64,000 nucleotides of DNA, taken from the NCBI RefSeq assembly GCF_009914755.1, contig NC_060935.1. One strand, given 5' to 3'. The DNA is from the human T2T-CHM13v2.0 reference genome, Homo sapiens. A program made the position numbers and the translations under genes. Below, one piece after another: positions 13,738 through 27,872 of the stretch; the stretch's first letter is position 1; every line of letters starts with the position of its first letter. Under the pieces are notes generated by a model. The model did not search any database. It had not been told where the DNA came from and saw only the letters and a program-made list of their open reading frames with translations.

Positions 13738-16700
13738 CTAAGCCCAAACATCTGCAGAAACAAAAGGCTTAGTTGGGCACAGACTTGCAGTGCTGCCTTG
13801 GAACTTTTTGTTAACAGATAGCTGGTAGGCAAACTGGCAAAACATGAATGTGATGTTAAAAAAACTTAAATGTGCAATTCAAGCATGTTCACTCCATTGC
13901 GAATCTTGTAATACATCATTTTTTAAGAGTAAAAAAATATCTTTAAGCCAGGCTGACACTCAGTACACTGGGAAAGCATTAAGGCTTTTATATTAGAACA
14001 ACAAAAAGTTTTGGCTTTGTAGGCAAAGAAGAGTATTAGAGTCCAAAAAGGGCTCTGAGCTATTGACTGCTCATAATTCTAAACTTTATTTATTAAACAA
14101 GTTTAAAAATTAAAAAATACAACCTCTTCAATATGATAGGGCTGAGAGGACAGCTAATCTTATCTTCCAGCATTCTGTGAAATGTCTGGTATCCCCATAA
14201 GTGTAGAAACCATGTTTGTCTGGATTAACCTCTGGTACTGTACTGGTGGATCCTAGTACAGAATCATGCATACTAAGCACTTATCAAACATATTTTAATG
14301 ATGCTTTGATTAAATAAATGCGCATTTTACATGGAATATCTGTACTAAACACCTGGTAAAGAGTGAGTATGGTTCAGCAGAGATGAATGCTATATCTTAA
14401 TGTGTTTCTGACTTCAGATCATTCCTAAAAAGGGAGACGGAAGTACCTTCTGTGACCTAAGAACACAGGCTGTGTGCAGTAACCTGAAGAACCAAAACAA
14501 AGTAAGGAGAAACATATCATGACAGAGGTAACTGAAATAAAAATTAGTATGTGTGGATAAATTTCACAATATCAGTGATTTAATGGAGTATCACTTTGGC
14601 TTCAGCTACTTATTTAAAGTCAGCGTTATGTAATATCTCTAGGCTATATTTTAATAGGCTGTTCCTCCACACATTTTTGACATTTATAATAATCATGTTG
14701 TTTTGCATGAACTTTCCACACTGAAAGCTGAATGTAATAATGAATAGACAGCTTAGAAAGAATCTCAGTAATAAAGGCAGTCAACTGGAAAGCAAGAAAA
14801 CTTTTTTTGGAGTTGGGGTATGGACACGAATACCTGGAGCCTTCCTGGTGACTCTGGTTCCTGGGAACTCATCCTGCTTGCCATATGAAATGCTACTCAG
14901 CTGGCCCAATGTAAATGTTAAGTTGCTTTCACTTTTAACAAATTGTTAGCTTCTAATCTACACAGTCTCTTTGCATCATATCCATAATACCTCATCAGAC
15001 CATTGAGCACAGTGTGTGCTTGTACACAGTCCAGTAACAATTGGCTTCTGATTGCATATGGAGCGCTGCTACAATGCATTCACTAACATTATATTGTGCT
15101 GGTCTCCTATGGAGTAATGTTCAAAATATCTGATCTTGTTTTTCTCCTTCCATGAGGTTGATTTTGGTTTGCAGTACTATATGAGCTTTTTAAAAAAGAT
15201 AACTAGGCCAAATTATTTTTTATAGTAAATGACTGTCACTTTATGCTTAAACAATTCTACTGATCTTCTTGATATTTAAACTAAATTATCTGAAGGAAGA
15301 ATATCCTAATCTAAGTCAAATAGTATTTCTTTGGTAGATATCAAGTTTTAAAAAAATCACAAAACGATGCTGAATTAATGATGCTTCAAAAATAGGGGAA
15401 AAAAATCACCATTCTAACCATCGACATGGACTGCCTCCTGGAACATTTTAGAGCTGTTCTTTCTTTAAATATCATGCATTATTCATACTAACTCTAAACC
15501 ACAACCCCCCTCCCTGTAAGTTTAATACCAGTTGCTTTATTTGTACTAAAACATTTTTCATGTCAAACATATTTTAAAAAAATCAAACTCTAAAAGAATT
15601 CCCTGGGGCACTCCTTTTTTCATAGCTGTCATGCTTCTGTGCTATGAAATAGCTTTTTTTTTTTTTTTTACAGCTTTTGGCTTGCCAGTTAATTTATTAC
15701 TATCTCTACCACACCCTATAGTACTTTCCAGCTCACCTGCTGGCTACAAACAGCTTTCTTTCCACTGCTGACAGGCATATTTTAAAAACATTTTTAACTT
15801 TTATCCTTCTTTGAATCTGTATACCTGAATATAATCTTTAGAAAGCTATTTCTCCATAACATATCATTGTTTCAACATTAAAAGTAAAAATGAATACATT
15901 AGAGCAACAGAGTATATAACAGAGAATGATTAGAAGAAAGAGAACAAGGACAAGGCAGGAGGGGTAGAAGATGAGGGAGAAGAAGAGGGAGATTACAAGT
16001 AGAAAAGAAAAATTTAAGAGGGAGAGGGATTTAAGGGTATTGTGAAGTTTAGTTTTTTAATAACAAAGTTGCATGTTTCCCTTATGCTGCTCTAATTTTC
16101 TGTGTAAGTCAATCAAGAAAAAGTTCTCAGTGCCTGACTTGGCAAGGAATCAGTCAACATGTTGTAGCAATTTTTTTCAAATTTGTCTCTGGATTTGAAA
16201 TGCTTTCATGAGGACCCATTCTTTTAAAATTTGTACATGGAAGGTGAAGCTTGTTGAAACAGGTTGGCTTTATGCACTACTGTAATCTGGCCCTTGCTAC
16301 CTCTAGTGTAAGAAGACAACTTTCAAAAACCAATTTGAGAAATAATGTCCATTCTGTAAATCCATTTTCCAGCTTTCTACATATTTCAACTGACAGTTTT
16401 TATCATAAGAGTACAAAACAAAGACAAAGTAGGATTTAAAACTTATGGAAAATTTGCTTGACATTAGTTTCACTTGTCAGAATAGGCAGCATTCCTTTGG
16501 AATCAAAACAGCAAGAGTCCCTAAATGAGAGAAAATAAATTCTTAAATTTTCATAGAAACTGACATGAAGCAGAAAATTAGTAAAACTTAACGGCAGGAG
16601 AAGGGGAGCTTGTACTAAGAACCTACAACCCATTAGATTCAGGCTACCTCCTGCAATAATGCTTTTAATTTGAATAATTCAGATATAAAGTCTACCTTTT

Positions 16701-17637
16701 AAAAAAAAAAAAAGCCAAAAATCCCATGGGTAAAAGTCTGTCAATTTACTTTCATTCTTCAGAAAGACAAAGGACTGGGATAGTTGCAGTATCCTGAGAT
16801 AGTAACTTCAGATGTTAACACATTGAAGAAATAATTTAGAAAGTTTGGAAGGAGTAGAGAGAGAAAAAAAATAAAACAGAACTAGAAGACGGGACAAAAG
16901 ATTCTTCAGTCGCATACCTCATTTCCCAGCCTCCATAACAGAAGAAAAATATGTTACACATCCCTAACTAACTCAAAAATTATTGTGTGCCAGCATCATA
17001 AAATGATAATAAGTTGCCAAACAACTATAGAGCCCACCTTTATGAGCTATAGCCATTCTTGTTACAATATGAACATATTTGAATCACAACCACTGATGCA
17101 AACTTGAACATACCACTTAGCATGGATCTTGCCTGGATGCACGCATTTGGTACAGCAAAATATTACAATTCCTCTACACTCTGAGGGAATGCCATAAGTC
17201 TGAATTTGTCTTTATGCGAAACCACACTGTAGTAAATGTTAGCAGGTAATAGGTGACACAAAAGCTTCAATTTGTCCTGAGGACAAATGAAAAATAAAAT
17301 TAGCAAGGATTATAATATATATTGTTGAGATCACTATGTTGTTATTTCTCCTGCTAAATTTCTCCCTTTCTATTCGTCAAAGAATAGATCAATGATGAAA
17401 AGAGTCTTGACCTCAGAATTTCTTCTAAGATCATCTGCAGTGTTTTTTCTACCTTTAAGAAAGCTAAGAATCAAGGCTCAACCTTACTTTCTTCACTTAT
17501 TTCACAGCTGCATCCAAACCCTTGACCAATCATCCGAAAATCTGTGGAATTTGTCACAATGGCAATTAAATAAGTGAGTGTGAATGAACTCACATAAATT
17601 CATCCCCATTACATAAAATTGATTTAAAAAATCCTCA

Positions 17638-19960
17638 GTTTCATACTAGGGATGCAGGGATGGCTTAACATATGGAAATCAATACACATGATACACCACA
17701 TAAACAGAATTAAAAATAAAACTCACATGATCATCTCAATATATGCAGAAAAAGCATTTAACAAAATCCCAACATCCCTTTGTGATTAAAACCCTCAGCA
17801 AAATTAGCATAGAAGGGACATACCTTAAAGCAATAAAAGCCATCTACAACAAACCCACAGCGAACATTATAGTGAATGAGAAAGAGTTGAAAGCATTCTC
17901 CCTAAAAGCTGGAACAAGACAAGGATACCCACTTTAACCACTTCTATTCAACATAGTACTGGAAGTCCTAGCAAGAGCAATGAGACAACAGACAGAAAAT
18001 AGGGGCATCCAAATCGGTAAAAAGGAAGTCAAAGTGTCGCTGTTTGCTCATGATATGATTGTATACCTAGAAAGTCCTAAAGACTAATCCAAAAAGCTCC
18101 TAGAACTGGTAAATGAATTCAGCAAAGTTTCAGGATACAAAATTAATGTACACAACGTAGTGGCTCTGCTATACACCAACAGTGACCAAGCTGAGAATCA
18201 AATCAAGAACTCAACCCCTTTCACAATAGCTGCAATAAAATAAAATACTTAGGAATATACCTAACTAAAGATGTGAAAGACCTCTACAAGAAAACTACAA
18301 AACACTGCTGAAAGAAATCATAGATTATATAAACAAATGGAAACACATCCCATGCTCATGGTTGGGTAGGATCAATATTTTAAAAATGACTATACTGCCA
18401 AAAGCAATCTACAAATTCAATGTGATTCCCATAAAAATACCACTATAATTCTTCAAGGAACTAGTAAAAAGAATCCTAAAATATATATGAAACCAAAATG
18501 AGCCTGCATAGCCAAAGACAGACTAAGCAAAAAGAATAAATCTGGAGGCACCACATTACCTGACTGCAAACTATACTATAAGGCCATAGTCACCAAAACA
18601 GCATGGTACTGGTATGAAAATAGGCACATAGACCAATAGAACAGAATAGAGAACCCAGAAATAAAGCCAAATACTTCCAGCCAACTGATCTTCAACAAAG
18701 CAGACAAAAACATAAAATGGGGAAAGACACCCTATTCAACAAATGATGCTGGAATAATTGGCAAGCCACACGTAGAATGAATCTGGATCCTCATCTCTCA
18801 CCTTGTAAAAAACTTCAGCTCAAGATGGATCAAAGACTTAAATCTAAGACCTGAAACCATAAAGATTCTAGAAGATAACATTGGAAAAAACCCTTCTAGA
18901 CATTGGCTTAGGCAAAGAATTCATCACCAAGAACCCAAAAGCAAATGCAACAAAAGCAAAGATAAATAGATGGGACTTAATTAAACTAAAAAGCTTCTGC
19001 ACAACAAAAGAAATAATCAGCAGAGTTAACAGACAACCCACAGAGTGGGAGAGAATCTTCGCAATCTATACATCCAACAAAGAACTAATATCCAGAATCT
19101 ACAAAGAACTCAAATCGCAAGAAAAAAAACAAACAATCCCATTAAAAAGTGGGCAAAGGACATGAATAGACAATTTTCAAAGGAAGATACACAAATGGCC
19201 AATGATCATATAAAAAAAAGCTCAACATCACTAATTGTCAGGGAAGTGCAAATCAAAACCACAAGGCAATACCACCTCACTCCTGCAAGAATGGTCATAA
19301 TAAAAAAAAAATAAATAATGATACTGGCGTGGATGTGGTGAAAAGGGAACACTTTTACACTGTTGGGAATGTAAACTAGTACAAACACTATGAAAAAGAG
19401 TATGAAGAGTCCTTAAAGAACTAAAAGTAGACCTACTGTTTGATCCAGCAATCCCACTACTAGGTATCTACCCAGAGGAAAAGAAGTCACTACATGAAAA
19501 AGATACTTGCACATGCATGTTTACAGCAGCACAATTTGCAGTTGCAAAAATATGGAAACAGCCCAAATGCTCATCAATCTACGCATGGATAAAGAAAATG
19601 TGGTATATATATATATACACCATGGAATACTACTCAGCCATAAAAGGGAATGAAATAATGGCATTCACAGCAACCTGGTTGGAATTGGAGATTATTATTC
19701 TAAGTGAAGTAACTCAGAAATGGAAAACCAAGCATCGTATTCTCACTCACATGTGAGAGTTCAGCTATGAGGAATGCAAAGGCATAAGAATGACACATTG
19801 AACTTTGGGGATTGGGGGAAAGGTTGGGGGATAGCGAGGTATAAAAGACTACATATTGGGTACAGTGTACACTGCTTGGGTGATGGGTGCACCAAAATCT
19901 CAGAAATCACCACTATTGACATTCAAAAAATAAAACAAATAAAAATTAAAAATTAAAAAA
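17638..19960 (+). mobile_element. 5'-truncated L1PB-type LINE-1 (RT and C-terminal part of ORF2 plus 3' UTR), inactivated
   Basis: ORF2 fragments (…[10 protein letters not shown]; …[11 protein letters not shown]…) contain stops and frameshifts. The 3' UTR taaaagactacatattgggtacagtgtacactgcttgggtgatgggtgcacc is L1PB-like, and an A-rich tail follows. Confidence 0.9.
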
Positions 19961-20359
19961 TAAACTCTCAAAGTTCATGCCTTCATGATAGCTCATCAAT
20001 GATATAGCCTCCATCTACAGAGGAGAACACAGTTAAGATTATAGACCTTTAAAAAACTAGGTTAGTTTACACAGCTGAACATATTTTCTTCCTGGACCCC
20101 AACACCGATTTAAAAATTAGGGTGCTAATCTGAAGAACCTCAGAAATGCTTTGATTCTGAGTAGATATATTTAAATAATCAACTATTACAATAGCAGTTC
20201 ATATCTCTGCTTTGAAATACTCTGGAAGAGACAGAAATGAGTGGCTTTACAAGATGTCATTTGCATAACACCACATGTAAAAATTACATTTTATTCACTG
20301 AGAAAAGGTCAGATTTTCTTAAGATCACACATACTTAGACCAAGGCCCCAAGAGTATGA

Positions 20360-20665
20360 AGTGTCAAATCAGAGAACTTCAGTCTGAATTCTATCTCCGC
20401 TATTTCAAGATGTGGAACTCTTGGAAAAGTTAACTTTTTTGAGTATCAGTTTCTTATTTTCTTTTAATAAAGCAGAGATGATACCATTTATTACCACTTA
20501 TATCTAAGAGTTATTATGAAAATTAAATGAGATTACACACATACACACACACACACATACACAGGTTGGGGGTTATTAAATGAGATTACACACATACACA
20601 CACACACACATACACAGGTTGGGGGTTATCTTGGAAAACAAATGGTGCTCAATAAATGCTAACTA
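20360..20665 (+). mobile_element. MIR containing a (CA)n insert and a 53-bp tandem duplication
   Basis: gagtatcagtttctt...gttattatgaaaattaaatgaga...gtgctcaataaatgcta follows the MIR consensus. Confidence 0.6.
20522..20627. repeat. Perfect 2 x 53-bp tandem duplication
   Basis: attaaatgagattacacacatacacacacacacacatacacaggttgggggtt occurs identically at 20522-20574 and 20575-20627. Confidence 0.95.
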
Positions 20666-20719
20666 AAACAAAGAAATTAAAAAGAAGCCCTGAATAATTA
20701 TGCAGTCATAACAATTGTA

Positions 20720-23700
20720 CATTAACCAATTCAACACCTAGGAGAAATGGACAAATTCCTTAAAACATGAATATTACCCAACTCAAGAAGAAATAGAAAA
20801 CCTCAACAGACCCATAACAAGTAAAGACAATGAATCAATGATCAAAGACCTCCCAGTAAGGAAAAGCTCTGGCCTAGATGGCTTTACCAACGGATTCTGC
20901 CAAATGTTTAAAGAAGAATTAATACCAATCCTTTTCAAACTCTTACAAAAAAAAAATGAAGGGGAGGGAGTACTTCTAATTCATTTTATAAGGCTAACAT
21001 TATCTTGATACCAAAACCAGATAAAGATATCACAGGAAAAGAAAGCTACAGTCCACTATCCCATATAAATATAGATATAAAAATCTTCAACAAAATATTA
21101 GCAAAACAAATCCAATGGCAAATTAAAAGAATTACTTACCAGGGCAAAGTGGAATTTATCCCAAGAATGCAAGGGATCAAATCAGTGTCAAGCATTACAT
21201 TAATAGAACAAAGGGAAAAAAAAACCAACATGATCATCTCAATTGACACAGAATAGGCATCTGACAAAAGTCTAATATTATTCCATCATAAAAAATTCTC
21301 AGAAAACTAGTAATAGAGGAAAAAGACCTCGGCATGATGAAACCTATTTATAAAAAGCCTACAGCTGGCCAAGTGTGGTGGCACGTGCCTATAGTCCCAG
21401 CTACTTGGGAGGCTGAGGTAGAAAGATTGCTTGAAGCCAGGAGTTCAAGGCCACAGTGAACTATGATCATACCTCTTAATTCTAGCCTGGACAACAGAGC
21501 TAGACCCTGTTTGTTAAACAAACAAACAAACATCCACAGCTAACTTCATATTCAATGGTGAAAGACTGAAAGCTTTCCCCTTAAGATCGAGAACAAGACA
21601 ATAATGTTCACTTTCACTGCTGCTATTCAGTCTTGTAGTGGAAGTGCTAGCCACTGCTATTAGACAAGAAAAAGAAATAAAATGTATCAAATTGGTAAGG
21701 GAGAGGTAAAACTATTTGTATTTGCAAATGACATAATCCTATATATAGAAAATCCCAAAGAGTCCCTGAGAAAGCTACTAGAATTAATAAATTCAGCAAA
21801 GTTGCAGAGTATAAGCTTAACACGCAAGTATCAGCTGTGTTTCTAAACATCAGCAACGAACAACCCAAAAGAAAATTAAGAAAACAATTTCATTTACGAA
21901 AGTATTAAAAAGAACTAAACACTTAGGGATAAATCTAACCAAGGAGATGAAAGACTTGTATGTTGAAAACTATAAAACGTTTTTGAAAGAAATTAAAGAT
22001 GACATAAATAAATGGAAAAGCATCTGTGCTCATGGGTAGGAAGATTTAACACTGTTAAGATGGCAATACTACCCAAAGCAACCTGCAGAGTCAAAGCAAT
22101 CCCTATCAAAATTACAACAACCTATTTCACAGAAATGGAAAAGCCAATTCACAAATTAATATGGAATTACAAGAGGTCCCAATAACTAAAACAATCTTGA
22201 AAAAGACGAATAAAGTTGGAAAGCTCATAGTTCAAATTTTAACACAAAGCTACAGCAATTAAAACAGGATGGTACTGGCATAAGGAGACATATATATATA
22301 TATACATATGTGTGTGTGTATATATATATACATATCTACCAATTAAATATAATAGAAAGCTCAAAATTAAAACCTTTACATATATAGTTGATTGATTTTT
22401 GACAAAGGTGCAAAAACCATTGAATGGGGGAAGGGATAGTCTTATCAACAAATGTTGTGGGGAAAACTGGACATCCATGTGCAAAAGATGTAAAACAATA
22501 GAAAAAGGTTTTACCTTACACAGTATACAAAAATCAACTCAAATGGATCAAAGACATAAACTTAGAAGCTAAAAAAACTAAACCCTTAGAAGAAAACATA
22601 GTGGTAAATCTTTATGACATTGGATTTGGCAATGATTTCATTGATATAACATCAAAAGCACAGGCACCAAAGGAAAAAATGGATAAATTGGACTCCATCA
22701 AAATTAAGAACTTTAGTGTATAAAAAGATACTATGAAGAATGCTAAAAGACAAATTACAGAATGGGAGAAAATATTTGTAAATGATATATCTGATAAGGT
22801 ATTAATATCCACAATACACAAATAACTGAAACTCAACAACAACAAAAGCCCAACTCAAAAATGGGAAAACTACTTGAATAGACAGTTCTCCACAGGAGAT
22901 ATCCAAATGGCCAATGAGGACATGAAAAGATGATCAGCATCATAAATCATTAAGGAAATGTAAATCAAAATCACAGCGAGATACCACTTCACACCTACTG
23001 GGATGATAATAATAAAAAAATTTAGTTGAAAATAACAAGTGTTAGCAACAATGTGAAGAAATTGGAACCCTCTTACATTTCTCGTGGGAATATAAAATGG
23101 CACGGCTACTGTGGAAAACAGTTTGGTGGTTTCTCAAAAGTTTAAACATAGAACTTCATATAATCCATTAATTCAACTCACAGGTATATATCCAAAAGGA
23201 TTGAAAGTGGGGACTCTAACAAACATTTCTATAACCATATTCACAGAAGTATTATTCATAATAGCCAAAAGGTAGAAACAAACTAAGTGCCTATCAACAG
23301 ATGAACAGATAAACAAAATGTGATCTGTATACATATATATGTATATATATGTATATATATATACATATATATACATATATATACACAATTGAATATTATT
23401 CAGCAATAAAATTATATTTTAATGTATGCTACAATATGGATGGACCTTGAAATGTTATGCTTACCAAAATAAGCTAGACATAGAAGGATAAATATTGTAT
23501 TATTCCAATTATATGAAGTACCTACAATAAGCAAATGCATAGAGAAAAATAATAGAATAGAGGTTACCAGAGACTAAGGGTAGAGGGATAGAGAGAGTTA
23601 TTATTTAATGGCTACAGCATTTTTGTTGGGTATGATGAAAAAGTTTTGGGTATGGATTGTGGTGTTGGTTATACAATATTGAAAATATATTAACGCCACT

Positions 23701-23770
23701 GAGTTATATACTTACAAATGGCTAAAACAATAACTATTATATTATGTATATTTTACTGCAATAAAAAAGA
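20720..23770 (+). mobile_element. 5'-truncated L1MB-type LINE-1, interrupted by a FRAM and (TA)n tracts
   Basis: Degenerate ORF2 (IPKPDKDIT…KILAKQIQ), 3' UTR gaggttaccagagac…gatgaaaaagttttgg…gccactgagttatatactt, and an aataaaaaa end. Confidence 0.85.
21367..21530 (+). mobile_element. FRAM (free right Alu monomer)
   Basis: Single monomer ggccaagtgtggtggcacgtgcctatagtcccagctac…aggagttcaaggccacagtgaactatgatc…agaccctgt with an (AAAC)n tail and a degenerate TSD ending acagct. Confidence 0.8.
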
Positions 23771-24925
23771 AACATTAGGTATACTTGTAAAATTGTTTTT
23801 GGTCGTTGAGCAGAGGGACACTATGACTCAGTCTAACACTCAGCTTTTGGGCCGCATTTCCAATGGATAAGGATGTAGTTTAACAGGCTAAAGTTACTCA
23901 GTTTCACCGTCAGACTTTACTCCCAATCTTAGTGCTTTATCATTTTCAGAGAACTTTTAGATATTTTACAAAATTTAATTTTCACGTCCACGTTGGGTAG
24001 TGAACAAATCGTGACACATTTCTTAGATGACAAAAAGTGAGGTTCAGCAAGATTAAATGACATGTTCAAGTAAGGATGAAATAAAATAGTCCATGTGAAA
24101 TATGTAGCACAGTATTTGGCACAGTATCAATCAGTAAGCTTTAGCTATTATTATTATCATATATTATCATATCATAACTAGTGAGTAAATGGAAGACCCA
24201 GGAACAGGCAGACATCCTGTTCCTAGGACCTTCTAGGAAACTTCAAGTGTGCTTTCTAGCCGCAATCATGTAAAAAATTCCAACTACATAAAGCAATGGG
24301 TCAGCTAAATCAAGCCTGAAGTATGAAGGGGGCTACTCATCGTTTCTGTTTTTCAGGCAAGCTGATCTTGATTGGATATACACATTGGCAACTGTGAAAG
24401 ATGCTTTATCTTTTAATTTTCTCCAATATTTGTGCTCAAATGTATCTATCTTACTCTTGATTGGTGCACCTCTCTGTATCACAATGTGAAAGAGCAAAGC
24501 AACCAAAAGTCTGTGGTTTATGTTCTGGGATCTGATGATGAGTTCCTATCAAGAAATATGTCTCTAATTATAGAACCTGTAAAACATTTTTAAAAATAGG
24601 GATTAAAACTCAATAAAGCTATTTCTAGAGAGAACAATCTGAAAGATGCTGTCCTGGAGCTGAACAATCCCTGTGGGCAGCATGCCCCCTCAGCAACCCA
24701 CTGAGGTGGGAGAGCTTGCCTAGTGTTTACTACACGCTGGGACTCTGAAATGCCCAGAGGCACAGGTCAAATCATAGGGTGGGGAGTGAAGGCCTATAAC
24801 CCTAAATGTATTTGCTTACACTGTCTTAACATGGATTCAGAAACAGTCAACTTTAACAAACAATGAATGTCACCCCAAGGTAGTCCTTGCTCTCTGGAAA
24901 TTAAGATAATTATTCAATCAGCTGA

Positions 24926-25447
<522 letters not shown>

Positions 25448-27743
25448 CTCACATACATTTCAAGTGAAGTTACCATAGCTCAGTTTGGGGCAAAAAGAAG
25501 TTGTATTGTACTTGTCCAGTTTCCAGTCCAATAGAAGTCTCTTCACCTAATTCATGTGAATGATAAAAACACTGCATAGATTGATTAAGTCTTCTGAGGA
25601 TGTAATTTCTCTACTAATAGCGTAAGAACATATAATTTTAATGAATTTTAAACACATTTTTCATATACAATAAAGCCTAGGTTAGCCAAAATATTGAAAG
25701 AATTAGAGTTCTGATTAATGAAATTGTCTGACATAATTTAGGAGTCACACGAAAGTAAACACTTTTTTTTACCAACCTTGCTTGTAATTAAAACTCTTCC
25801 TACATCTCAAAACCCATTGTCCTGCCTTATCCAACACAGTTTGGCCAACATAATCAAATACAGCTCTGTTACCCCAGGACACTAACTTTAAGCTGCCCTT
25901 TGTTCAATAGAAGTAACTAATTTCTGCACAATATTGTCCCAATTTCTCTGTTTTTCTCAGTTACATATTATAATCTCATTAATGCTGTTAGAGAAGACAT
26001 TTGAAAAATGGTCTAAAATCACTAATAAAACAATATCTTCCCCCATGAAAAGTGGCGGTATTGTTTCAACAAAATTAGGTAAGCAAGATGTCTACGTCTA
26101 ACAGAAAATAAGACCCATAACTGATTTTGAAATGTGGATAAATTTAACTTTAAAAACACTGAAGTCAAATAGATAATTTCCACATACAGTTCATTTAAAA
26201 TGTTTCTGGGACTGGTACAGGGGTGTCAAACTCAAATTCAGAATAGAACAGTAAACTTGGCTTACTTCAATGTTCCAAAGAAAGTCAAAATGAAGAAGTA
26301 GTTTAGAATGACTTACAGAGATCACAGGAAGACTGAACCACTTCACTAAAAAAAAAAAAAAATTCTCTGAAAAAATATACTCCTGTCCTTAATATAGATG
26401 CCAATGTCATAGTAGCTAAGTATACCTTGTTCTAAAAATCATGCTCTAGAAAAATGAATTTTTAACAATTTGAATGACATAATTTTCTCTCAGGTATCCA
26501 AAAACCTTTTGGTAATATGAGTTTGATTCATTTATATGTGAGGAATTTTCAGACAGCCCTTAAACTCACCAATCTCATAACATCTCAATTCCTTGAATCA
26601 TTCGTGTTTTGCCACAGACATCCTACCTTTTCTTACAAAGAAGGAAGTTCTCTATCAAATACAAAAGAGTAATCACTGGCAACAAGCAATTAAAACAGAT
26701 GCTAAAATGCACTAGGCTTGTTTTTATGCTATTTAATAAGCTTTCTTCTCCAGAATTTTAGTAAAGTGATTTATATTTTATTATTGCTCTAAGCATATTA
26801 AAACGCCTTTGTTCACTTTATAAACCACATACACAAAGAAACTGCTGCACGCAGATTTGTTGTACTCAGATTTGATGGTAAATATAATCAGGTTAATATG
26901 TTAAAAAGAACTTGACACAGAAATTATTAATGAGTAGAACAAGGTCACTACTTCTGAGCTGAGGTCACTTACAAAGAATGCACAAATGAAATTAAGGTTG
27001 ACTTTTATTTACTTGACTATCTTCTTACATTGGATTCCTTTGGCAACATATCTTTAAACATTTAAAGCCCTGTTTACAAGGAGGCTCTGAAAGAAGCTTC
27101 AAACCATTATGCCCCTAATTGAATTCCCCAGGAGTCCAGTAAACTCCGAGGAAAAAAGAAAAATCACAACATTTGCTAAATCATCTTAAAACATATTTCA
27201 CTGCAAGGTTACATGACCTGTTTTTTGAGGTTTAAAAATGAATTAAAAAGTACTGAATACTTCATTTTTTTAGATGAAAATCAAAAACAATTTTACCATT
27301 AGTGGTAAGCTAATTAAATCAGTCTAGTTTTAACTATCTTTCTAAGAGAAGTCTGACAACAAACAATGACATTTTATACTGAATGTGATCACTTTTCCAG
27401 AATATAACAGCTCTCACCAGGAGAAAAGGATCTTTAACCAAAAAACAATTATTCACAGTAAAAGTATGAGAGAGAGCTGACAAAAACATTGTAGTCCCCA
27501 GGGAAAGTAGTATCTTATCTGTGAATTCAAGACAAACTCAAGTGGAAGAAGAGAAAGTAAAAGTTTTTAGCAACCAATTAGTTTATTACAATGCCCACTC
27601 TTCCCAATTCTAATTTTACTTTAAAATAAGCTTTTATGATATTTTTATTCATAGTTCCCTGGCATGCTCCTGTGTTTGTTGTGAGTACTAAGCATAAACA
27701 TGCAGATCTGAGCATTTGGAAAAGAATGTTAAATCCCTCTCTA

Positions 27744-27872
<129 letters not shown>

